A DNA stretch of 62,828 nt, counting the filler, from Malassezia furfur (taxonomy: Eukaryota), in NCBI GenBank assembly GCA_052055015.1. It is 4 parts of 4 records of this genome, joined end to end, with 100 filler letters (N's around TTAATTAATTAA, not from the genome) between each part and the next. Parts side by side here need not be neighbours in the genome. Positions count along the whole stretch, not along the records: positions 47,243 to 62,828 come from JBQJIT010000266.1; 3 more parts are not named here. One strand, written 5' to 3'. The notes below the pieces were generated by a model. That model was not told the DNA's origin. It made no database searches and saw nothing but the letters and a program-made list of their open reading frames with translations. This document shows, one piece after another, positions 54,665-62,828 of the stretch; the stretch's first letter is position 1, and each line of letters begins with the position of its first letter. The position numbers and the translations under genes are program-made.

Positions 54665-54999
54665 TGTACACTATGATGCAACACGACTTGCACGCGAGTA
54701 TGGACGCCAATGTTGCCCGGTTGTGGATTTGCGTCGTACGGGCGGGCATGCCCGCGAACGTCGTAGTGCGTCTGGCGCCTTGGCCAAAAAGTGGCCCAAA
54801 TTAGCTATACGGCCAAATACCCCTCTCGATCACAGCGTCAGGTTATGCTCACGAATCCATACGGCCAAATATGTGCTGCACTCGAGTCCTATGCGAAATG
54901 TATTACGCCTAAACCGTTACTGTCCAAAATACAACCCTATTCCGAGCCTTGACGCCGCAAGGCCATAACAATTGAGGAGTGGGAGGAAGGAATATTATA

Positions 55000-56961
55000 T
55001 TAAGCAAGGCCACTCTTTTCGTTGCCAGGGTTGGTCTCGGTCGCAAGCGTCCGCGGGGCTGCCTCGGCTTCCTCGATCTCATGACGGTGCTTCTCGTCCT
55101 CAGCGGCATCAATGTTGAAAGTGACCAGCTCGTCCGCCTTGCGGTCGAGCTTGTAGAAGGTCAACCAGAACAGCACACCACCGACGAACGACAGGCCCGC
55201 AAACACACCGTAGTTCACCACGAACAGCGGGTTGGCCGAGAGTGCGACAAAGGCCTCGCCGATCGCAGCGGCAATGGCAGTCGTAAAGGTACCGATGGCC
55301 ATCACAATCGAGCGCATGTTCTTGGGAGCCATGATCATGGCCACCTCCATCGACACGATCGAGGCAAACATCTCACTCAGCGCAACGAGCACATAGGGGC
55401 CCGCCTGCGCCCACACGTTGATCGAGGCATAAGCGTTGGAGCAATCGATCTCCGAACCATCCGGACCCGTGATGGTGATTTCATCACCCACGTGCTTGCC
55501 ACACGGGTTCTTCTGGTAAATGTAGTGCTGCAGCACCGCGGCCCAAATCATCGAGGCACACACGAAGAAGAAGCCGACCGTGATGCGCTTGATGGGGGTG
55601 AAGGGAATGCGGTAGCGGTCAACCAGCGGGTATACGACGAGGTTGAGCAGGAAGCAGAACACGATACAGAAGATTGGGTCAAGCTGGCTGACCAGCTCGT
55701 TGGGCGAGCCGTCAAGGTCCATCTGGAGGGCCTGCGTGAGAAGCGGACCGGTCATCTGGTTGTAGCAGACCCAGTACAGCGGGAAGTAGACAAAGATGGC
55801 GCACGCCTTCACACCACAGTTCAGCTCGTCGACCCAGGTATCGGTGTACTTCATCCACTTGGGCTTCTCGCCCTGCACCATCGACGGCTTGGCCACGTCC
55901 CAGTAGTGCGAACTGGCACAGTTGCGCGCAAACTGCACCGGGTTCCAGCTCCATGCTGCCTTGATCGCACGGCCCCAGGCACGGGCGGCCGTAACCAGAA
56001 CCGAGCCCTGCGGAGGCACACTGACGTAGTAGTTACGGCCGAACCAGAGCACAGGAATCGGCAGCAAGAAAACAAGCGTAGGCAGCAGGTATGCCAGCCA
56101 GTAGCCGACATTCTTCTCCGCATAGATCATACCCAGCTGGCCTGCGAGCGATCCAATGTTAATCATCGCATAGTACCACACGTAGATACGGGCAGTGGTC
56201 AGCGCGGGGTCGATAATGACCTGTTCACCGCTCTTCAGCTTCACCACCGTCTGCTCCTTGACCTTCATCTGCTCGGCGACCAGCACGGCACAACTCGACT
56301 TAAAGACACCAGTACCGGTTCCCATGACCACCAAGGCGATAATAAAGCACGCCTTTGCACCCTCGTTGTCCGCCATCACGCCCGGGATACCAGAAATCAC
56401 CAGTAGAATGTGGCCAATCTGGGCAATCAGCACACCCCAGCAAATCGTTTTGAAACGGCCCAAGTACGAGTCAGCCACCCAGGCCGCGAAAAGCGGGGTG
56501 ATGTAGCACCAGAACATGTTGAAGGTCACCAGACCCGTTGACGCACGCGATCCCATGCCGAGCGCACCAGGGTGCAGATTGTCCCCGTTGAGGTTGTTTG
56601 TCGCACCCGTACGCGACACTTTACCCGTAATGGCGTCCACCGGGCGCGAGTTCTTAATGAAGTTGTTGTAGACCTGCGTGGCACCATAGTAACTAAAGCG
56701 CTCCGCAAACTCGCAAATACCAATAGCAAAGGTGGGGAAGTTGATCTTCTCCGGGACACGACGAAGCGTGTTGCGCTCCTCTTCCGAGGGGAAGTGCCAG
56801 TCGACCACATCGTCGTCAACCTTGCGGCCATCGGTGAGGTGGGTCAGCGCAGGGGGCAGGATCTCCTCCTTGCCAGCCTCTTGGAGGTGATGGTCGTAGA
56901 TGGCATGGTCGGCGGCCATCCCGCCGACCATACCCGCGTCGTAGGTCGATTCAACAGGCAT
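55000..56961 (-). CDS. PTR2: POT/PTR family di-/tripeptide transporter
   Basis: Motifs CEFAERFSYYG (ExxER), ADSYLGRFKTI, GTGVFKS, YYAMINIGSL, YWVCYNQM, APKNMRSIV. Confidence 0.95.
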   Translation of the reverse strand: MPVESTYDAGMVGGMAADHAIYDHHLQEAGKEEILPPALTHLTDGRKVDDDVVDWHFPSEEERNTLRRVPEKINFPTFAIGICEFAERFSYYGATQVYNNFIKNSRPVDAITGKVSRTGATNNLNGDNLHPGALGMGSRASTGLVTFNMFWCYITPLFAAWVADSYLGRFKTICWGVLIAQIGHILLVISGIPGVMADNEGAKACFIIALVVMGTGTGVFKSSCAVLVAEQMKVKEQTVVKLKSGEQVIIDPALTTARIYVWYYAMINIGSLAGQLGMIYAEKNVGYWLAYLLPTLVFLLPIPVLWFGRNYYVSVPPQGSVLVTAARAWGRAIKAAWSWNPVQFARNCASSHYWDVAKPSMVQGEKPKWMKYTDTWVDELNCGVKACAIFVYFPLYWVCYNQMTGPLLTQALQMDLDGSPNELVSQLDPIFCIVFCFLLNLVVYPLVDRYRIPFTPIKRITVGFFFVCASMIWAAVLQHYIYQKNPCGKHVGDEITITGPDGSEIDCSNAYASINVWAQAGPYVLVALSEMFASIVSMEVAMIMAPKNMRSIVMAIGTFTTAIAAAIGEAFVALSANPLFVVNYGVFAGLSFVGGVLFWLTFYKLDRKADELVTFNIDAAEDEKHRHEIEEAEAAPRTLATETNPGNEKSGLA

Positions 56962-57297
56962 CGCGTGAGGAGTGACCGTGGGGAGGGAACAAAAAGGCTG
57001 AGCTATTTTAACTGCTGAGTGACAAACTGTCTATCTCAAGATGGCCATATTTGTTATCACGGCCATTACTGGACCATCTGCTGCGGCTGAGATTTAAACC
57101 ACTGGGGTGCTGCATTTCATGTTTTCAGGAGTTGTCAGCATCGTGGCCGCTTGATGCGCGTACATGCAAGTGGTTTCGATTAAGACCAATACTTGATAAG
57201 CCAAAATTGCTCGTAGCACCCTAGATAAGGGTAATACTACGAATGCGGGTGCTGGCACGGGATATATAGCTCCAATAGGGCAATATATCCAAGCGAA

Positions 57298-57406
57298 GGG
57301 CATGTGGTCTAGTGGTATGACGTCTGCTTCGCATCAAATCTGCGACTGAATCGACTTCAGTGTTCGAATCAGCAGAAGGTCCCGGGTTCAAATCCCGTCT
57401 TGTCCA
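57298..57406 (+). tRNA. tRNA-Ala(CGC) with a 37-nt intron at the canonical 37/38 position (copy 1)
   Basis: Acceptor stem GGGCATG/CTTGTCC with the G3:U70 alanine determinant, A box TGGTCTAGTGG, anticodon stem TCTGC/GCAGA around TTCGCA, B box GGTTCAAATCC. 72 + 37 = 109 nt. Confidence 0.95.
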
Positions 57407-57407
57407 C

Positions 57408-57412
57408 TTTTT
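57408..57412 (+). terminator. Pol III oligo-T terminator of tRNA copy 1
   Basis: TTTTT one base after the discriminator A. Confidence 0.75.
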
Positions 57413-57640
57413 GCCGCGCTCACATTCCTACTCCATCATCTGCGTATTTTTTCTCGTTTCAAATAGTCTCCGTCGTAGCACGGCTGCCCTGTACACTCTT
57501 TTTCTTGGCTTGGAGCCCAACCCAACATGAGAAGCAAGTGTCTTTCGCCTTTCTCACACCGTTACGTCTGCCGGACACCTTCGACGTCCGGATGGCCAAC
57601 ACACAGATGAGGCTTTTGCGGAAACGCGAATCGAGATCGG

Positions 57641-57749
57641 GGGCATGTGGTCTAGTGGTATGACGTCTGCTTCGCATCAAATCTGCGACTGAATCGACTT
57701 CAGTGTTCGAATCAGCAGAAGGTCCCGGGTTCAAATCCCGTCTTGTCCA
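57641..57749 (+). tRNA. tRNA-Ala(CGC) with a 37-nt intron (copy 2, identical to copy 1)
   Basis: 109-nt sequence identical to 57298-57406, including the intron. Confidence 0.95.
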
Positions 57750-57750
57750 C

Positions 57751-57757
57751 TTTTTTT
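57751..57757 (+). terminator. Pol III oligo-T terminator of tRNA copy 2
   Basis: TTTTTTT directly downstream of the tRNA. Confidence 0.8.
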
Positions 57758-57890
57758 GGCCCCTCGCCCAGGCGCTCTCCCGGTGTAGCTTGTCAAGGAA
57801 CTTTGCGCTACGCTGCCAATTGTCGAGAATCATACTTCTCACTTCTCTGGCATACAGAATCAATCCTTGGCCTTCATCGAAACGAATACA

Positions 57891-59376
57891 CTAGAAGCGG
57901 CTACGTTCGTCATAGTTGCGCGAACCACGCACCGGCGACCGCTCGCGGTGCCCGCCCGATCCACTGTTGGATGAGCGCCCACGCGGGTCATCTGTCTGTT
58001 GGTTCCCACCCCGGCTGCCCCATCCGGACGCATTCGAGTCGCTGCCTCCCGCAGCATTCCCGGCGCCAGCGCCGCTGTATGCGCGCATGTAGGCAGCCGC
58101 GGCGTTGTTGGCGTTGGCCCCACCTGCTGCAGCGCCGCCCATCGCGGCCGGGTTCCAGCCGCCCTTAGACGCGGCGCCACCCATATATGCCGTCATCATC
58201 TGCTGCCAAACCATTTGTGGGTTCCACGCCGAGCTGCCCCAGCCCATTTGCTGGTACATCTTGGCCATGGCCTGCGGGTCGAAACCGCCCGCGCCACCTG
58301 CAGCGCCACTGGCGCGCCCAGCGTCTGCTGCCGGTGCGCCCCAGGCACGCAAAGGTGCCTGGCCGCGCCCCGCGGCGTCGTTCGCGCCGCTGCTGAAGCG
58401 GTTCGGTTGCGCGTTGGGTGCCGGCTGACCGCGCGACTGGGCGCGCTTTACCTCGATCTGCTTCCCGTCGAGCATGAGCGGCTGATTTGCGAGCGTGCGT
58501 TCGACGCCGTCGTCACTTTCAAATGTCACAAAGCCGAACCCACGCGGCCGACCGGTGTCCTTGTCCATCATGACGGTACTGTCCAAGACGTGCCCAAACT
58601 GCTGGAAGAGCTGCTTGAACGAGTCTTGGGTGACGGTCTGCGGCAGGCCGCCGACAAAGCACTTTTGCGTCTTGGACTGTTCTGGCCGCGGGATGGCGCG
58701 CTTTGGATCGATGATCTTGCCGTCCAAGAAGTGTTCGCGGACCATCACGGCGTTGACCGATTTGGGGTCCGAGAAGGTGACGAACGCGAATCCGCGCGAG
58801 CGGCCCGTCGACCCGTCGCGCATGACGGTGCATGCACTCACTGGCCCAAACTGGCCGAAGTACTTGCGAAGGCTCTCTTCGGTGGTGTCCCAGTTGAGAC
58901 CGCCGACAAACATTTTACTTTACATGTGTTAGTCCCTGTATGCGAATCGGATGCTGTAGGATGCACACGTCTACCCTTGGATCATTGTGACGTGGGCCTA
59001 CCGATACCTCTCTGGACGCTAAGCTGCTCGCTCTCTGACTACCGACAGCGCTCGCCTGTCGTCTATCCCTGCGCGACGTGTGCATCCCTGCGGCCACTCA
59101 CCCTTCATCCGGAAGATCCTGCGGCGCCACATGCTCGCCACGCGCCGCAGCGGCCGTGCGCTCCTCGGCAGACTCCATCAGCGGCGGCGCTACGGAAGGC
59201 GTGGCTGCCACGCCGGGGATGAAGGAGCCGCTTGCCGGCGCTGCGGGCACGGATGCGGGCGCTGGCGCAGGCACAGCTGGCGCGGCGGCCGGCTGCGCCT
59301 CGGCCTTGGGCGTCGCATCGGCTTCCTCGCCGTAGAGGTCTGCGTACAAGTCGCCGGCCTCGTCTGCTTTCGACAT
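57891..59376 (-). CDS. HRP1: Two-RRM RNA-binding protein (Hrp1/Nab4, hnRNP A/D, Musashi-like); 184-nt intron at 58918-59101
   Basis: Exon 1 MSKADEAGDLYADLYG...PDEG is spliced to KMFVGGLNWDTTEE, RSRGFAFVTF, HFLDGKIIDPKRAIPR, KCFVGGL, RPRGFGFVTF, IEVKRA, then a Gly/Met/Gln-rich tail. Confidence 0.88.
58959..59087 (-). repeat. Perfect 13-bp inverted repeat inside the HRP1 intron
   Basis: GGATGCACACGTC (58959-58971) and GACGTGTGCATCC (59075-59087) on the + strand. Confidence 0.9.
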
Positions 59377-59515
59377 GGTTGTACAGAAAACGCGTGGGTC
59401 CCGTTGCGCCCGCTGACTAAACATCGGGGCGGGGGCACGGAGCCCCGATGGGGTGCGTGGGGGAGACGCTGTGTTGCGCGGCTTCGTGGCATGCTCGCGT
59501 GAACGGCGGTGCGCC

Positions 59516-62500
59516 ATGTCCCAGCCGTTGTCGCAGCCAAGCGCTGCGTCATCTGCCCAGGCGAAGCGGGGAGTGACAGATGGAGATATATACGTGTATA
59601 CGCTGCAGACTGCGTACCTCGCGCACCTCGTGGCGCAGACCCAGGCGGCCAAGGCGCCCGTGACGCGTCCGCCCGCGCCACGGCGATCGTCAGACAGCCG
59701 CATGAACCTGGCGGAGCGTGTGCGTGAGCTGAAGCTGAGTGCTGCGCCGATGCGCCAGGCGCGCTTCCCCGAAAAGTTTGTGCGTAAATTGCTCGAGCGG
59801 CTCGAGCGGATCGCCATGGGCCGCGACGCGCACTTCCACGCACCCCTCTTTCGGCAGACGATCGGCGCATTTTATGGCACGGCGATGGATTCAGCCACGG
59901 TCAAGAGCCTCAAAGAGAACCGCAGCGTTGAGGAGTTGCTGCTGCTCTTTTTCAACGACGCACAGACCTCGCTGAAGAAGAGGGTGCCCGACGAGGCGGA
60001 GCGCCGCGCGGAGCTCGAACGCGAGATCACGCTGTTTGCGCGCGTGGTGCGCGAGACGTTGGCGAGCGTCGGTGCGACGTCGCGCGAGCTGGGCGAGCGC
60101 GTGGACGAGTCGACGCAGATGCTTGTGTCATCGCTGCAACGCTCCGCGTCGGAGCCCGATTTGCCGGTCGACGTGGACGCGGCATCGTCGCCATTGGTGC
60201 AGGCCGTGGGCCACCTGTTTGGCGTACATGGCGAGCAGCTGGCGCTGGACATTGACTCCATCCGCCCACTGTCGACGCTGGCCGCCGGCATGCTCGATTT
60301 GAAGCGGTGTGTGTATCGCATCCATGCGCAGCAGGCGTGGCCCGCGGCGCCGGACGACTTTGCGTCGCCCAGTGAGTACAAGACATGGCGCTCCAGCGAA
60401 CTACATGCGCTGTCGCAGATGATGGTCGCGATGTGCGAAGCTCAGCCCGACCTGCTCAGCACGCCGACGGCCGGCGACAGTCTGGCGGCGGGGCGCATGC
60501 CGCGCGCTTCGACCGAGCTCAGCACGCCTGAACTGGGCGACGGCGACGAGGACGGCGAGATGACGTTTGTGCCGCCGGACACGCATGCCGCATACCAGCG
60601 TGTGCTGGAGCGATGCATCGACGTGGATTTGGACGCAATCCGGCAAAAGGCTGAGGACGAGGAGGTATCGCTGGCGATCCTGAGCGCTGTGCATATGCGC
60701 CTGCTGGACGTGTGTGCGGAGCGGTGGCGTATCGCGCGCCCCTTTCGTGTGCTGGCGAACCTGCGCACGATCAAGACGCGCTTCGACTGCGGCGAGGTGC
60801 CCATGGAGTGCGTGCAGCAGTCGCTCGAGCGTGTTACGCAGCTCGTGCACGAGTCTGACCCCGCGGCGTGGCGGCGGCAGGAGCGCAATGCGATGCGCCG
60901 GGCCCTCGACTCGCTCGCCGACACGCTGCTGCGTAGTGTCTATGCGCAGTTCCAGGCGGTGGACGAGGCCAACATGGACGAGCTGCGGCCGACGGTGGCC
61001 CTCGTGGAGCAGATCGAGCCGTTGGCCGCGGCGGTGGGCGGTGGGCCGCGTGCAGACGCTGCGGCGAAGCAGCTGCCCGAGCTGCATGAGGCGCTGCGCA
61101 TCAGTGCGATCCAGAGCTACACGGCCAAGACGGCCGAGGTGCTGGGCGGCGAGTCGGTGCGCCTGCTGGATGCGTGTACGCAGCTGCTTGACTTCATCCA
61201 CGCCAAGGTCAAGGAGCTCGACCGGAAGTTCACGGCGCCTATCCTGTCGGTGTCGCCGGTGGATGTGGTGATCCAAAAAGTTGTGCCGCTGTACCTTGAT
61301 GACCTCGAGTCGATGCGTGAGAGTGTGCTGGCGCAGGTGGTTGCGAGCGACGCGATCGAGGACGTGGACGATGCGCTGGCGCTGTGGGAGCGCGTGCGTG
61401 CGCTCATGGCGCTGTACGATGCGACGCGGCCCGCGCAGCCGCTTACCTTCCACGTGCGGCGGTGGTTTGCGCCGTACGTGGAGCGCTGGCTTGCGCTCAC
61501 CGAGCGCCGCGCATCGCAGTGGGTGCAGAATGCGCTGCATGTCGACACGTTTGAGCCGATGGGCGATGGCGCCGAGCACAGCACGTCGATCCGTGACCTG
61601 TCCGACGCGCTTGAGCAGCCGCTTGCGGTGCTGCAGGGCCTCGCGTGGCCAGACGCGTACGAGCAGGCGTGTTTCTATACGATGCTTGCCAAGAGCTATG
61701 GCCGGCTGATCGAGGAGTACTGCCGCGCGATCGAGGACCTGTACATGGCCGAGATGCTGCCGGCGCCCGCGGAGGCCACGTCCACGCCCGTGCTGGGCGG
61801 TCTGCTCGACACGCCGTTTGCGGCCGAGTACGTCGCGTCGCTCCCGCCCAAGCAGGCGGCGTGGGTCGCCAAGGCGAAGCAGACCATCGCCGGCGAGAAA
61901 AAGGTGCAGCCGTTCCTCTTCCAGACGCAGTCGTGCGTCAAGCTGAACAACATTGAGGCCGCGCGCCGCCTGCTCGATGCGCTCTACCGGCGCATGGACG
62001 CCGATCGGCAGGCGCGCATCGTCGCCGAGCACCTGCGCACGGCCGACGAGGCGGATGCGTCGGTGGTCAGTGTGGACGAGCGTGCGCCGCTGCACTACCT
62101 GTTCACCGTCAAGGTGGTCCAGGCGGAGTTCGACGCAGGCATGGCCGACACTCCGGGCGAGCGCATGGCCGCGCGCCTCGACACGTTCGTCACGCTCAGT
62201 GACGAGCAAGGCGAGCGGCTCGCCAAGACGCGCACGATCTACGACCGCGCTCAGCCGCGCTGGGACGAGGTGTTTGACATCCCCGCCACCGCGCTGCTGT
62301 GGGTGTCGGCGACCGTGTGGCGCCGGCAGTTTGGGCACGAGCCGAGCCTGCTGGGCCGCGCGCCGCTGCGCCTCGACCCGCGCTTGTTTTGCGACGAGAA
62401 TGCGCACGAGGTGTGGCTCTCGCTCGACAGCGGGGGCAAGCTGCTTGTGCGCATCAGCATGGAGGACGCGCACGACGACATCCTGTTCCACTTTGGCAGC

Positions 62501-62828
62501 GCGTTCCGTGTGCTGAAGCGCGCGGGCGTCGACATGGTGCGTGTGCTGGTGGACCACATCTCGCTGTTCATGCGCCAGTTCCTCTCGCGCTCCGTCGTGC
62601 GCTCGCTTGTGCGCGGCGGGCGCGTGAATTTGGACCGCGCACTGGGCAACGTCAAGGCGCTGTATGCTTCGGCGCTCGCACAGGCCAACGGCACTGCGAC
62701 GCTCATCCCACCCGTCGACACTGAGCGGCGACGCGCGGGCACACTGAGCGACCAGGAGATCGAGGCAGCGATTGTGCCGCTGCTCGACTACTTTGAGGTG
62801 ACGCTCGGCACGCTCAAGAGCAGCCTGA
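59516..62828 (+). CDS. Fungal Munc13-homology/C2-domain protein (Ync13/Git1/YOR296W-like); runs off the window end
   Basis: The frame from ATG 59516 stays open to the window end, so it is absent from the ORF track. Motifs IYVYTLQTAYLAHL, RFPEKF, HSTSIRDL, CVKLNNIEAAR, C2 domain LFTVKVVQAE..DTFVTLSDE..AKTRTIYD..PRWDEVFD, DILFHFG, PLLDYFE. Confidence 0.85.
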   Translation, partial: MSQPLSQPSAASSAQAKRGVTDGDIYVYTLQTAYLAHLVAQTQAAKAPVTRPPAPRRSSDSRMNLAERVRELKLSAAPMRQARFPEKFVRKLLERLERIAMGRDAHFHAPLFRQTIGAFYGTAMDSATVKSLKENRSVEELLLLFFNDAQTSLKKRVPDEAERRAELEREITLFARVVRETLASVGATSRELGERVDESTQMLVSSLQRSASEPDLPVDVDAASSPLVQAVGHLFGVHGEQLALDIDSIRPLSTLAAGMLDLKRCVYRIHAQQAWPAAPDDFASPSEYKTWRSSELHALSQMMVAMCEAQPDLLSTPTAGDSLAAGRMPRASTELSTPELGDGDEDGEMTFVPPDTHAAYQRVLERCIDVDLDAIRQKAEDEEVSLAILSAVHMRLLDVCAERWRIARPFRVLANLRTIKTRFDCGEVPMECVQQSLERVTQLVHESDPAAWRRQERNAMRRALDSLADTLLRSVYAQFQAVDEANMDELRPTVALVEQIEPLAAAVGGGPRADAAAKQLPELHEALRISAIQSYTAKTAEVLGGESVRLLDACTQLLDFIHAKVKELDRKFTAPILSVSPVDVVIQKVVPLYLDDLESMRESVLAQVVASDAIEDVDDALALWERVRALMALYDATRPAQPLTFHVRRWFAPYVERWLALTERRASQWVQNALHVDTFEPMGDGAEHSTSIRDLSDALEQPLAVLQGLAWPDAYEQACFYTMLAKSYGRLIEEYCRAIEDLYMAEMLPAPAEATSTPVLGGLLDTPFAAEYVASLPPKQAAWVAKAKQTIAGEKKVQPFLFQTQSCVKLNNIEAARRLLDALYRRMDADRQARIVAEHLRTADEADASVVSVDERAPLHYLFTVKVVQAEFDAGMADTPGERMAARLDTFVTLSDEQGERLAKTRTIYDRAQPRWDEVFDIPATALLWVSATVWRRQFGHEPSLLGRAPLRLDPRLFCDENAHEVWLSLDSGGKLLVRISMEDAHDDILFHFGSAFRVLKRAGVDMVRVLVDHISLFMRQFLSRSVVRSLVRGGRVNLDRALGNVKALYASALAQANGTATLIPPVDTERRRAGTLSDQEIEAAIVPLLDYFEVTLGTLKSSL

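Noticed and set aside
56962..57890. AT-richer region as a centromere or horizontally acquired island
   Set aside because: Under 1 kb and explained by the PTR2 promoter, two tRNA genes and the HRP1 3' region; no mobile-element or foreign-gene signal.
59585..59600. GATATATACGTGTATA as a TATA box
   Set aside because: It lies in frame within the Munc13-like gene (DIYVYTLQTAYL), a conserved-looking N-terminal motif.

Overview
Extremely compact, GC-rich eukaryotic DNA, most likely a Malassezia-like basidiomycete yeast (inferred from gene content, density and tiny introns). The window is four assembly segments joined by three artificial 100-bp spacers (44 N + TTAATTAATTAA + 44 N), so gene adjacency across the spacers is not biological evidence. 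I can support about 40 protein-coding genes or fragments, almost all housekeeping: BIO3-BIO1, MPP10, a KPWE/PEX39-like peroxin, TRM6, PGS1, an ING protein, MSH2, AcuM/Rds2, SPE1, SDS3-like, NDUFA5, NOSIP, FIS1, SNX4, CHC1, RPT4, FAB1, NOP10, ERV25, UBR7/Mlo2, CREG-like, FAN1, LENG1-like, myosin II, a PHD-MYST acetyltransferase, DPB4, LIS1, a kinesin, a KA1 kinase, the ODC carrier, an AAAP permease, VPS45, PEX14, RPB11, PTR2, an HRP1-like RRM protein and a Munc13-like protein. There are also two identical intron-containing tRNA-Ala(CGC) genes. No mobile elements, CRISPR arrays or rRNA were seen. The most striking signals concern gene architecture. (1) I reconstructed 49 spliceosomal introns by hand; 47 are only 21-38 nt (median 24). 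The branch point is fused to the 3' splice site and there is an apparent floor at 21 nt. (2) The one clearly long intron (184 nt, in the HRP1-like gene) is clamped by a perfect 13-bp inverted repeat and has only stop-generating alternative acceptors. (3) LIS1 needs a 25-nt GC-AG intron. (4) Convergent genes abut or share a CTAG double stop. (5) A CACGTG E-box recurs in the tiny bidirectional promoters. Gene calls are from recognising motifs by eye; no database search was run.
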